Positions 16,528-25,570 of a stretch of 64,000 bases of DNA are shown here, piece by piece (the stretch's first letter is position 1; the number at the start of each line of letters is the position of its first letter). The position numbers were made by a program, and so were the translations under genes. The notes below the pieces were generated by a model. That model worked only from the letters and a program-made list of their open reading frames with translations, made no database searches and was not told where the DNA came from. The stretch is from a candidate division WOR-3 bacterium (GTDB taxonomy: Bacteria > Hydrothermota > Tepidihabitantia > SM23-42 > JAOAFX01): assembly GCA_039802265.1 (NCBI GenBank), contig JBDRWI010000001.1, forward strand, positions 4,264 through 68,263, written 5' to 3'.

Positions 16528-17574
16528 GTGAAAAATCACAAAATAGGGCCCATCTTACTGCTTGGCTGTATAATACCATTTATTTTACATGGAGCAAAGG
16601 TAGGTGTTTTGCATCTGAAGGCGGTCGGTGTCGCAACTGAAACAGCCGAGGCAGTTGCTGGTCTGCTTGTAAGTGACCTAACAAACTATGGTCATCAGGT
16701 ATTGAATCCGGAGGCAATTGATGCGACAGCTGGCGAAAGGGTAGAGTGTTACGAAAGTGGCTGTGCGGCTGAGGTTGGTTTTAAGGCAAAGGTAGAACGG
16801 ATGATATTCGGCTCGGTTTCAAGATTGGGTGAGAAGTATATTGTTCAAGTTTCTGTGGTCAATGTTTCTACAAGGGAAGTTGTATGGTCAGGCAGCCTTG
16901 CCGCGAAATCCGCAGAAGACCTTGATACGGTTGTTAAGAGAATTGCCAAGGCGATTGCTGAGGGTAAAAAAGTAGAAGAGGGTGCTGAAGTTGGCGCAAT
17001 AACAGAGCAGGAGGTAACTCAGGAGGTAAAGAGAAAGGAGACTTTCTATGCGACCGGTTTCAATTTTATTTATGGCTTACCTATAAGCGGTTATGCCGGT
17101 GCAAGCGGCCTTATGGGAGGAAGCCTGATAAATTGGTATGAAACCCCACATTTCGCAGTTGAAACGGGTTTATCTTATTTTTGGTCACTCAACGCCATGA
17201 CTACGAGTGGCGTTACAACAGAACCGAGTGTCATTGATCAAGGCTTTAACCTCTCTTTCTTCTATCTATTCTCTAAAGAAGATTTTTCACCCTATGTGGG
17301 CGGTGGTCTGGGTCCGCGCTTTATCGAAATGAAGGCCGGCACTATGGATTACGGGATGAATTTTGGTATGACATTCAATGCTGGTGGTGGTTTGGCTCTT
17401 TTACGGACCTATGATTTTCACATCCTGATAGACGGAAGAATTATATTAAATCTTGCGGAAATACCCCATTATGAGGGACCTCACAGTAGTTTCAATTTTA
17501 GCGCCGGCATTGTCTATAGACACCGTGGTAAAGGCGGCTGTGCTCGCGGTTGTGGAGGCGGTGGTTGTTTTTAG
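16528..17574 (+). CDS. outer-membrane protein: LpoB/CsgG-like periplasmic N-domain + C-terminal beta-barrel, Cys/Gly-rich tail
   Basis: GTG start 4 nt after GAAGGAGG, trimmed from the track TTG at 16504. Signal peptide ILLLGCIIPF. The N-domain pattern (LKAVGV...AEAVAGLLVSDL...CYESGCAAEVG...KYIVQVSVVNVSTREVVW) resembles LpoB/TolB-N-like modules. Alternating Gly/aromatic beta-strands follow, and the terminal residue is Phe. Confidence 0.55.
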   Translation: MKNHKIGPILLLGCIIPFILHGAKVGVLHLKAVGVATETAEAVAGLLVSDLTNYGHQVLNPEAIDATAGERVECYESGCAAEVGFKAKVERMIFGSVSRLGEKYIVQVSVVNVSTREVVWSGSLAAKSAEDLDTVVKRIAKAIAEGKKVEEGAEVGAITEQEVTQEVKRKETFYATGFNFIYGLPISGYAGASGLMGGSLINWYETPHFAVETGLSYFWSLNAMTTSGVTTEPSVIDQGFNLSFFYLFSKEDFSPYVGGGLGPRFIEMKAGTMDYGMNFGMTFNAGGGLALLRTYDFHILIDGRIILNLAEIPHYEGPHSSFNFSAGIVYRHRGKGGCARGCGGGGCF

Positions 17575-17589
17575 AGGTATTTGGAATCC

Positions 17590-17618
17590 CAAAAGGACAT
17601 ACCGCTTTGTATCCTTTT
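17590..17618 (+). terminator. possible intrinsic terminator after the OMP gene
   Basis: AAAAGGA(C)AUAC-CGCUUU-GUAUCCUUUUU: a 10-bp stem with one bulged C, followed by a U-run. A weak, AU-rich structure. Confidence 0.4.
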
Positions 17619-17667
17619 TCATTTATCTACTAATTTTTTTTAGATTCCTTAAAGAATCACTCAAATT

Positions 17668-18234
17668 CTAAATTAAACTCGTGTTATCTTCTTTTTTGCC
17701 AATCAACTTCTTTAATATGTATCCGGTCATTACTTTATTTAAATGGTCAAAACCGGCCGAGCCGGCGAGGTCGGTGGCTTTAATTTCGGTTATGTAGCAT
17801 TCATCGGTGTCAATATTCTTCTTCTCCACCTTTATCGGGTATTCAGCATCAAATGTAATCATAAACTCCTTTAAGGGCACATTGAATAGACCCTTTTCTG
17901 AATATTCAGAAATCAAACCCTCGATCTCTCGGCGATTGTGCGCGAGTCTTTCAATCTCTTTTTCAATCTCGGCACGGGCAGTGGTTATCTTGCCAAAAAG
18001 GAACTGCAATTCGACAGGACCTTTGATTTGTTTTAACCTCTCCGCTCCCTTCTTTAATGCCCCCTCAAGAATTGTAATCGCCTTCTGAATCCTTTCCTGT
18101 GCCTCAATCAAGCAGGCAAGGTATGCCTCAACCACCTGAAAAGAAGGCATCTTTTCTAAATTATCATAGAACAACTGTCCAAATGGCTTACAGAAGGGCC
18201 CCTTTTCAGTATCTTCTATATCTTCAAAGGGCAT
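17668..18234 (-). CDS. hypothetical protein (188 aa, helical N-half), co-oriented downstream of the DUF1015 gene
   Basis: Long ORF with GGAGG 4 nt upstream of the ATG. It begins 57 nt after the DUF1015 stop. No motif recognised. Confidence 0.6.
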   Translation of the reverse strand: MPFEDIEDTEKGPFCKPFGQLFYDNLEKMPSFQVVEAYLACLIEAQERIQKAITILEGALKKGAERLKQIKGPVELQFLFGKITTARAEIEKEIERLAHNRREIEGLISEYSEKGLFNVPLKEFMITFDAEYPIKVEKKNIDTDECYITEIKATDLAGSAGFDHLNKVMTGYILKKLIGKKEDNTSLI

Positions 18235-18291
18235 ATCGCCTCCTACATGTATCTCTTTTTAAACGACTTCTACAATATTCTCTTTCTACCT

Positions 18292-19566
18292 TTAAACTAA
18301 TCCCAGGTCATAGAATACAAGACCGGATATCAATTTGGGATAAAAGTCCGTTGACTTCTGGGGCATTCTTTCCTTTTGCATTGCGACATTTCGAACCTGC
18401 TCCGGTCTGGTTGGATTCATTAAAAAAGCAAACTGGAATTCTTTATTATCAACCCTCTTTATTGTTTCTTCTATTCCCCTTTGATATCTTATATATTCTT
18501 CAATCCTTTCTGGTTTTATACCAAGGGTATTCTCAATTAAGAGTGTATGGAGCACTGCAACATCTAAATTCTGATAATCTTTGCTTCTTTCCGGAAGTAG
18601 TTCCCCCATTATCTTTTCATCTTTCAACTTTAGCAGATAACTCCCCGAAATAGAATAAAATACAAAGGCCTGCGCCTTTTCTCTGGTAATCTCGGATTTT
18701 ATACTTTCTTTTTCAATCTTTCTTATATCAAAGTATTTGCTGGCTTTCTTCAGAAACGAATCAAGATTGAAATCCCTAAGGTTCATCACCAGTCTATGGG
18801 TTGGGAGTATAACCAATCCTGGATCCTGAATGTTTACAAGTGTCACCATTTTGTAATTTGCCGGGTGGTTTTTATCTATTGCACCAAGTTCATTACGATA
18901 ATTCAATGCGGTTTCATAACGGTGATGACCATCAGCAATTACCAGCACTGCCTCTTTTAAAACATTCTGGATATTCTTAATGGTATCTTTATCAGAGACC
19001 TGCCATAATTTGTGTGTAACATTACGGTCGTCCACCACATCAATAATTGGTTCTCTTTTGCATTTCTCTTCCAACATCTCCATAACTCGATTCCGGGGGT
19101 CGGTATATAGGAGAAAGACGGGTTCAAAATCCTTTTTGGTTATCCGGGTAAGATTCAACCGGTCTTCTTTAGGCTTTGACAGGGTCTTTTCATGTGGCAG
19201 AATATTCCCCTTGCCCAACTCTTCCAGCCGCAAACAACAGATGAATCCCTTTCTTATGTAATCCTTTCCTTCCAGAGAAAATTCCTGGAAATAAGGATAC
19301 AAAGAATCCTCTTTATCCTGAATAAATACCTTCTCTTTAAGCCAATCTTCCACAAATCTCTTGGCATCTTGGTATTCCTTATTGCGGTCGTGTCCATCCG
19401 CATAATGAGTCAAAACCAAATTGACATAATTATAGGGACTGCGTCTTTTGTATTCCTTCTCCATCTCATCGGTAATCTGGTCATAGGGCTGGGTAATAAC
19501 ATCCGCAAGATTTCTAATCTTCTTCAGATTATATCTAATCCCCTTAAATGGCTTGACCTCAGGCAT
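18292..19566 (-). CDS. DUF1015-family protein
   Basis: N-terminal KPFKGIRYN, QPYDQI and the ADGHHRYETAL motif are characteristic of DUF1015. AAGGAGG upstream. Confidence 0.75.
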   Translation of the reverse strand: MPEVKPFKGIRYNLKKIRNLADVITQPYDQITDEMEKEYKRRSPYNYVNLVLTHYADGHDRNKEYQDAKRFVEDWLKEKVFIQDKEDSLYPYFQEFSLEGKDYIRKGFICCLRLEELGKGNILPHEKTLSKPKEDRLNLTRITKKDFEPVFLLYTDPRNRVMEMLEEKCKREPIIDVVDDRNVTHKLWQVSDKDTIKNIQNVLKEAVLVIADGHHRYETALNYRNELGAIDKNHPANYKMVTLVNIQDPGLVILPTHRLVMNLRDFNLDSFLKKASKYFDIRKIEKESIKSEITREKAQAFVFYSISGSYLLKLKDEKIMGELLPERSKDYQNLDVAVLHTLLIENTLGIKPERIEEYIRYQRGIEETIKRVDNKEFQFAFLMNPTRPEQVRNVAMQKERMPQKSTDFYPKLISGLVFYDLGLV

Positions 19567-19642
19567 TTAACCTCCTTATATTAACAGAATCTAATCCTCG
19601 CTATTGCTCGGATAGATTTGGTTTGAAACAGGAGAATTCCTC

Positions 19643-19689
19643 AAAAACCCCAACCCCATCCCTTTGCGCCTTCTTACAAAGGGAGAGGA
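19643..19689 (-). terminator. intrinsic terminator downstream of serA (minus strand)
   Basis: Minus-strand RNA CCUCUCCCUUUG-UAAGAAGGCG-CAAAGGGAUGGGG followed by UUGGGGUUUUU. An 8-bp core stem that can be extended past one mismatch. Confidence 0.55.
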
Positions 19690-19730
19690 TAAGTTTGAGG
19701 ATTTATGCAAAATTCCATCGGCCCTTGTGT

Positions 19731-20630
19731 CTAATTTTGCAAGGCGTCTCTTACTAATTCTGCAATCTGAACTCCGGCACGCTGTTGTCCCTCTTCGGTC
19801 TGGGCACCGATATGGGGAGTAAGGATGACCTGTTCCAGACTGAAGAGCTTATGCTCCTTTGCCGGTTCCACCTCATAGACATCCAGACAGGCAACCTTTA
19901 CCTTTCCCGAGACAATTGCATCATAAAGGGCATCTTCATCAATTACTCCACCACGAGCACAATTCACAATCACAACACCCGTCTTCATCTTCTCAAAGGC
20001 CTGCTTATTTAAAATATGAGTGGTCTCTTTTGTCTTGGGAATATGTAATGAGATGAAATCTGATTCTTTTAGGAGTGTATCAAAGTCAACAAGTTTTGCA
20101 TAATCAGATGATTTAACCAGCGGGTCATAGGCAATTACCTCCATTCCCAGTGCCTTTGCCCTTTTAGCAAGTTCAGTTCCAATTCTACCAATGCCAATAA
20201 TTCCCAATGTCTTACCAAAAAGTTCAAAGCCATGGAATTTCTTCTTCTCCCATTTGCCCGCTTTGGTGGAAATGGTCGCCTGGGGTATCATTCTTGCCGC
20301 GGAAAGCATCATTCCCAGGGCAAGTTCAGCTACGGATATTGATGTTGCCGCTGGGGTATTGACAACCTTTATTCCCCGTGACTTTGCCGCCTCCGCATCA
20401 ACATTATCCAGACCAACCCCCGCCCTTCCAATCACCTTTAAATTCTTGCCTGCTTCAATTACCTCTTTTGTAACCTTTGTTGCACTACGGACAATAATGG
20501 CATCAAAATCAGGAATTGTTTTAATCAACTCATCCGGTGCCATCCCGGTCTTCTCTACCACCTCAAAACCGCTCTTTTTTAAGATTTCAATCCCCTCTCT
20601 GGCAATTGGGTCAGAAATTAAGACCTTCAT
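19731..20630 (-). CDS. serA: D-3-phosphoglycerate dehydrogenase / D-isomer 2-hydroxyacid dehydrogenase (short form, no ACT domain)
   Basis: NAD fold GIIGIGRIGTELAKRA plus catalytic-region motifs NCARGG and TPHIGAQT. AAAGGAGG upstream. Confidence 0.8.
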   Translation of the reverse strand: MKVLISDPIAREGIEILKKSGFEVVEKTGMAPDELIKTIPDFDAIIVRSATKVTKEVIEAGKNLKVIGRAGVGLDNVDAEAAKSRGIKVVNTPAATSISVAELALGMMLSAARMIPQATISTKAGKWEKKKFHGFELFGKTLGIIGIGRIGTELAKRAKALGMEVIAYDPLVKSSDYAKLVDFDTLLKESDFISLHIPKTKETTHILNKQAFEKMKTGVVIVNCARGGVIDEDALYDAIVSGKVKVACLDVYEVEPAKEHKLFSLEQVILTPHIGAQTEEGQQRAGVQIAELVRDALQN

Positions 20631-20692
20631 AGCTTGCCTCCTTTATCTCTGTTCTTCAATTCATCTGACTGCCGTCTATGACCTTTTCACAG

Positions 20693-20720
20693 ATTATAAT
20701 CAATCCTGCGGAAAAATCAA
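20693..20720 (-). promoter_or_regulatory. sigma70-type promoter of serA
   Basis: Minus strand: TTGATT (20720-20715), 16-nt spacer, TATAAT (20698-20693). A ~55-nt leader ends in AAAGGAGG. Confidence 0.65.
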
Positions 20721-20911
20721 GGGTGTTACAATATCCGTTCACAATCAAATCACCTTCTTGTCAATTTCAAAAATATCAAAAAGGGTGTCAAAAAATTTTA
20801 CTTTTGAAAGATGCGTAAATCTGCTTTAAGATTGCATTTTGATGGACTGTGTGAATAATTTTTAGATTAACTTCTCCAAAGACGCAATCTAAAAGTGCCT
20901 AATAGTCACAA

Positions 20912-23245
20912 TCAAGTAATTTTCTGCAACAATCTCCTTGCTTCCTCAGAATCTGGCATTATCTTTAAAACCCTTTGCAGTATCCTTTTTGCATCGTTTT
21001 TATCTCCATGCTCAAGGCAAATTTTTGCAAAATTTATTGCCTCGGATTCAAAATGGTTTAAAATCATAAATCGGTAGTTTAGTGACCACTCATCAAAATT
21101 CTTCCTGAAGGGTTGACCACGAAATAACCGAAACGCCCGCCAGAAGTGTTCACGGGCAATTTCCCACTTCTCGCCGTTTAAGAATACCTTTGCACCCGCA
21201 AGCAATTGTTTAAATTCATCAATATCAGTTGCAAAATGAATCCCCTGATTTATTATATAAGAATCGGCGCCAACGCGTGCCCAGTTAACCAAGTAGGTTG
21301 GGATTTTCAACGACTTCTTTATTCTGACTAAGAGATGTGATAGATTTTGTTTTGGTGTCTCACTTTTAGGCCAGAAATTTTGAAAAATGTCTACCAATGG
21401 CACCTTCTTGCCGGGACTATCGGCCTTTATTGCAAAATGAATCAAAAATGCTGTATCCTTGGGCGATAATTTCACCTTTAAATAATCATTTTTTCTATAA
21501 ACCACTAAATCCCCAAGTATCCTCAGATTGTAGACCAAAATATTACGATTAAATACGGGCAGAGTAAACATTGACCGGGGTATTTTAGGATTTCTCCCGA
21601 TTTCCATTTCACGGATGACCAAGTGAGAAAAAAAGGGCACGAGCAATAGAAAATCTGAGACCAAATATTTACGATGAGCGAGGGCAAGTGCTTTTTGATA
21701 ATTACTACTTCTCAGTAGAGCAGCGATCTTTATCAACGGCATGTAATTCCCCTTGATTATCTGATTCAATTTTTCTTTTGATTGTTTTGAAACAATTAAT
21801 GTAATAATCTTTCCCCAGTGTCTTGACTTCTTTGATAGATGGTAGATGCCTTTTAGCACACCCATACCCTCCTGTATCATGCCCAGTGAACTATAGGCAC
21901 TTGCCATCACTAAATAAGCAGCTGATGCGATGTTAATCAATTCTTCTTTCTTTGCTGCTTTGAGGGATTCCAATGACAACGATATCGCCGCCTCCGGTTT
22001 GCCATTTATTAAAGAATAGACACCTTCAAAGAAAAGACGCATTGCCTCAGCACCCCAAACCTGAAATTCCGTTCTTTTGAAGATTGACATATCTTTAAGA
22101 TAATCCCCTTTATGCCAACGAATAATAGTCAAAAAATTCATATATTTTGCCTTATTCTCTTCCGATGCCTGACTCAATGCCTGACAAAACAATCTTTCTG
22201 CGTGACGGTAATCCTGAACCCAGGTATAAAGTGTAGCAAGCATCGCAGGAAACTCACTCGGCAGAAGCCTTCGGTATCTTATAATTCGCCCGCACTCTCT
22301 AATAATTTTCCATGCACCATTGTAATCCAGGGCGATCACCCGGGCAATACCCTCTCCAATTAGAATTACATATTTAAAAAGAGAAAGTATATTGGAAAAA
22401 TAATTACCGCACGGCTTAAGAACTTTTTTGATTTTTTTGATTTTATCGTTGAACTCTTTCCATTTACCCGCATATGATAATGCCCCACCCAGCATAATTC
22501 CAGCTTTTAATGATGAAAAGTATAAATTATCTTCTATACATTCGCTGTAGAGAGATTCCATTTTATCGAGAAATTCAGACAGGGGAATCTTCTGGAATAA
22601 CTGGAGATACTTCTCAATGCGTCTTTTTAGGTTCAGGTATTCATCGGGAATTTTGATTAACAGTTCATTAGCCGGAAGCGCGGGGATGGAATTTAATAAA
22701 TCGGCTGCCGCCGTTATATTGCCGGAATCAAAAAGCCTGATTGCCTGATGATACTTCATTTTCGCCTCTTTATTCCAAGTTGTACACTGGGTAAGATTGG
22801 GATCGAGTGAATTCTTATCAAACCCGGCATAACCATATCTCTTCCAGATATTCCAGATTCCTTTTAGAGAAATCTTTATTCCTGAGCTTCTTAAAATTTT
22901 TTGTGCCCGTCTTACGGTTAACGAAGGATTGTTTTCTTTCAAAAATGCAATCTTCTCTTCTGTTGCGCGCTCAATCCTATTCCAAGGTCTATTGTAGTTA
23001 CTCAGAAGACCAAACTCTCCATGGATTCGGTATATCTTAAGCCACTTATAAACCGTGCGCGGATGAACATTCCATTTCACGGCGGTCTTGGCAATAGACA
23101 TTCCATTGTTTAAATGATCCTGAACTGCTGAAAGACGGAAAGAAAATGGTCGGTCGCCCATTTGTGGAAACATTGTATATAAAAATTTATCTGTGTCAAG
23201 TAACCTTCCTGGTGAAATCGCATTTAACGAAAAATAATATACCAT
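20912..23245 (-). CDS. multidomain regulator: transposase-type HTH N-terminus, TPR-like middle, C-terminal SARP module (winged helix + BTAD)
   Basis: N-terminus GMSIAKTAVKWNVHPRTVYKWLKIYRIHGEFGLL...PSLTVRRAQKILRSSGIKISLKGIWNIWKRYG resembles the IS481/IS630-type transposase DNA-binding region, with no DDE core. C-terminus LRILGDLVVY...LIHFAI...LVDIFQNFWP...LSHLLVRIKKSL (OmpR/SARP winged helix), then FWRAFRLFRGQPF...DEWSL...ARRLLQKI (BTAD). The start codon is uncertain: ATGs at 23245, 23173 and 23161, none with a clear SD. Confidence 0.6.
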   Translation of the reverse strand: MVYYFSLNAISPGRLLDTDKFLYTMFPQMGDRPFSFRLSAVQDHLNNGMSIAKTAVKWNVHPRTVYKWLKIYRIHGEFGLLSNYNRPWNRIERATEEKIAFLKENNPSLTVRRAQKILRSSGIKISLKGIWNIWKRYGYAGFDKNSLDPNLTQCTTWNKEAKMKYHQAIRLFDSGNITAAADLLNSIPALPANELLIKIPDEYLNLKRRIEKYLQLFQKIPLSEFLDKMESLYSECIEDNLYFSSLKAGIMLGGALSYAGKWKEFNDKIKKIKKVLKPCGNYFSNILSLFKYVILIGEGIARVIALDYNGAWKIIRECGRIIRYRRLLPSEFPAMLATLYTWVQDYRHAERLFCQALSQASEENKAKYMNFLTIIRWHKGDYLKDMSIFKRTEFQVWGAEAMRLFFEGVYSLINGKPEAAISLSLESLKAAKKEELINIASAAYLVMASAYSSLGMIQEGMGVLKGIYHLSKKSRHWGKIITLIVSKQSKEKLNQIIKGNYMPLIKIAALLRSSNYQKALALAHRKYLVSDFLLLVPFFSHLVIREMEIGRNPKIPRSMFTLPVFNRNILVYNLRILGDLVVYRKNDYLKVKLSPKDTAFLIHFAIKADSPGKKVPLVDIFQNFWPKSETPKQNLSHLLVRIKKSLKIPTYLVNWARVGADSYIINQGIHFATDIDEFKQLLAGAKVFLNGEKWEIAREHFWRAFRLFRGQPFRKNFDEWSLNYRFMILNHFESEAINFAKICLEHGDKNDAKRILQRVLKIMPDSEEARRLLQKIT

Positions 23246-23295
23246 AATTTATCCGGCAGCAAAAATGTGACATCAGGCTAAATATTTTTCTATAA

Positions 23296-24834
23296 ATGAA
23301 CCACCGAATTCCCATAATGCCAATAATCGTCCTATTCTTAGATACCTTGGGGTTTTCGCCACCAATCTGGCCAAACTGGAAGTATGATCGACAATTGACT
23401 GGAAGATGCCCATACATCGGACCGGAGCAGCCGGAAATTGATTGGGTCTTTGATACCCAGGATACATTTCGGTTCACTTCGGCCTCGGTAGTAATCAGTG
23501 GGGATAGTACAATATACTTCTGCAGTCCTGATAGTTTCCTCTTTGCGGTCAAACCCAATGGTGTCTTGAAGTGGCGATTCAAAACCCGTGGGCGCCCTTA
23601 TTTTCCAGCAATTGATGAGTCAGGTAGAATTTACTGCAGTGTTGCCGGCGATAGTATCTATCTCTTGACACTGGATGATTCCATTACTTACGCGAAGTTT
23701 GTCTGGTCCTGGAGCATGCCTAATAATAATAATCTTGTCGCCCTTCCCCCAATTAATATTGGTGTAGATAAAACCACCTATATGTCCGCGGATTCTATGC
23801 GTGCCATTGATAGTGCCGGAAATATAAAATGGACATGTCACCGTGGGATGACCTCGGCTTATCCACCCGCCCTATCTCATGATGGTTCAAAATTATTTTA
23901 TGAATGGTGTTATGACCAGTGGACAAACACGCTTGCCAGTCGTGATACGAGCGGCGCTTTAAACTGGTATCGGGTTATCGGCCCAGCTCCGATGTCCTTA
24001 GCCTGGGGGAGTCCGGCAATTGGTAGAGATAGTGCTATCTATTTTTCAACTGCTGATGGTAGATTACTTGGATTGTGGCCAAACAATACTGATAAATGGG
24101 CACCCCAAAATAACCTGGGTGCCTTGAACTTTATGACGGTTTCTCTTGGAAGTAATGATACCCTGTGGCTTATGAACTATGGGAAAAGGCCAACTTATCG
24201 TAAATTCTCTCCGGACAACGGTATAATTACCTTTATTGACTCAGTCACCACCCTGCCCAGTGTGTACAACTTTTTTAACTCTTATATAATTGATAGTCTG
24301 GGACAGGCATATATTGTTCTAAGGGATTCGCAAACCACTTCAAGTATCTTATACGCATTCAACGCTGATGGCACTGTCAAGTGGTCCATACCTCTTACTG
24401 GTTCATCATTTACACCAAGGAGTTTTCCGGCAATCGGACCAAACCACAAAATATATGTGTGTGCAGGCACTAAATTATTTGCCATCAGAGATGGAAGCAA
24501 TATTGCTGAGTCTAAAAAGGAAAGAAAAAAACCCTTCTTTTTTGATGTCTATCCCAATCCCTTCACAAGGCATTGCGTGATCGAATTCCAAATCCCGAGC
24601 CGTCACTCAGATTGGCGGGTCAAGTCCCGGTCCGAAGTTTCTTTAATAATTTATGATATCTCTGGTAGGGTTGTGAAATCGTTTAATTCAACAATAAGCA
24701 CCAAGAATCAAATATCAAAAATCCATTGGTTTGGTAATGACGATTCAGGTCGCAAACTCCCACCCGGTGCATATTTCTTGGTTATTAAGACATTTGAATT
24801 TGTTGTAGAAAAAAAGGTCGTTAAGGCAAATTAG
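23296..24834 (+). CDS. secreted PQQ/BamB-like beta-propeller repeat protein with T9SS C-terminal sorting domain
   Basis: Repeating ...G(x)I(Y/K)W... blades (GVLKWRF, GNIKWTC, GALNWYR, GTVKWSI). C-terminus FFDVYPNPF...VSLIIYDISGRVV...GAYFLVIKT is a T9SS CTD. The start is ambiguous (ATG 23296 or 23317). Confidence 0.6.
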   Translation: MNHRIPIMPIIVLFLDTLGFSPPIWPNWKYDRQLTGRCPYIGPEQPEIDWVFDTQDTFRFTSASVVISGDSTIYFCSPDSFLFAVKPNGVLKWRFKTRGRPYFPAIDESGRIYCSVAGDSIYLLTLDDSITYAKFVWSWSMPNNNNLVALPPINIGVDKTTYMSADSMRAIDSAGNIKWTCHRGMTSAYPPALSHDGSKLFYEWCYDQWTNTLASRDTSGALNWYRVIGPAPMSLAWGSPAIGRDSAIYFSTADGRLLGLWPNNTDKWAPQNNLGALNFMTVSLGSNDTLWLMNYGKRPTYRKFSPDNGIITFIDSVTTLPSVYNFFNSYIIDSLGQAYIVLRDSQTTSSILYAFNADGTVKWSIPLTGSSFTPRSFPAIGPNHKIYVCAGTKLFAIRDGSNIAESKKERKKPFFFDVYPNPFTRHCVIEFQIPSRHSDWRVKSRSEVSLIIYDISGRVVKSFNSTISTKNQISKIHWFGNDDSGRKLPPGAYFLVIKTFEFVVEKKVVKAN

Positions 24835-24908
24835 TATTTACTTATTTTCAAGTTTTCTTCATTTTTGCCGGAATATATTATTGGATCTTAATTACCGCTT
24901 GACAAATA

Positions 24909-25562
24909 CTACAGTTCAAACTTGGAATTTTTATTCATTAGTGAAAATGGAACATTACCCTTTATATATCTCTTGAACTTTCTCAGTGCCTTTGCCCGGT
25001 GGCTGATACGATTCTTTATTTTAAAGCCGAGCTCGGCAAAGGTTTTATTAAAACCTTTAGGAATGAATATCGGGTCGTAACCAAATCCATCCTTTCCTTT
25101 TGGTTCATATGCAATTCTTCCAATACACTCACCGGTAAAGACCTCATACCTTCCTGGCGCATAATAATATACGAAAACTACCTTGAATCTTGCCTGTCTG
25201 TTCTTTTTATTACCCAACTCGTTCAGAATTCTTTCAATCCGTTCCTGGTCGGTCTTACCATACCTTGAAGAATAAATTCCCGGTGCTCCATTTAGTTTAT
25301 CAATGAATAATCCAGAATCTTCAGCCAGACAGGGTTTCTTGATAATCTTATAAAAGAATTGTGCCTTTAAAAGACTATTTTCCAAAAGTGTCCTTCCAGT
25401 TTCGGCAATTCTGAGCTTAAAGGAATCGCTCAGTGTGAGACATTTAAAATCCTTACCCAGAATAGCTTTTATCTCTTCAATTTTGTGTTTGTTTCGGGTG
25501 GCAAGGAGAACAGTAAAGGGGGGCTTGCGCTGACAAGCTCCCCCTTTATTTTTTGGTTGCAT
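24909..25562 (-). CDS. rdgB: RdgB/HAM1 non-canonical purine NTP pyrophosphatase
   Basis: ATRNKHKIEE, EDSGLFIDKLNGAPGIYSSRY, GFGYDPIF and SHRAKAL. Trimmed to ATG 25562 because the track ORF (to 25667) overlaps the upstream SPOR gene by ~100 nt. Confidence 0.85.
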   Translation of the reverse strand: MQPKNKGGACQRKPPFTVLLATRNKHKIEEIKAILGKDFKCLTLSDSFKLRIAETGRTLLENSLLKAQFFYKIIKKPCLAEDSGLFIDKLNGAPGIYSSRYGKTDQERIERILNELGNKKNRQARFKVVFVYYYAPGRYEVFTGECIGRIAYEPKGKDGFGYDPIFIPKGFNKTFAELGFKIKNRISHRAKALRKFKRYIKGNVPFSLMNKNSKFEL

Positions 25563-25570
25563 AATAGAAT

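Noticed and set aside
18099-18653. 184-aa plus-strand ORF spanning the junction of the two minus-strand genes
   Set aside because: It overlaps two well-supported minus-strand CDSs and their SD-containing spacer. Its composition is low-complexity with no start context.
20191-20829. 212-aa ORF antisense to serA
   Set aside because: serA motifs on the minus strand are unambiguous. The plus-strand ORF has no motifs and no RBS, and it crosses the serA promoter region.
23161-23296. Attempt to place promoters and true starts for the divergent regulator / T9SS propeller pair
   Set aside because: The candidate hexamers (GTGACA-N18-TATAAA on plus; TTGACA with no properly spaced -10 on minus) are inconsistent with any of the possible ATGs. 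Both starts are left flagged as uncertain rather than annotating promoters.
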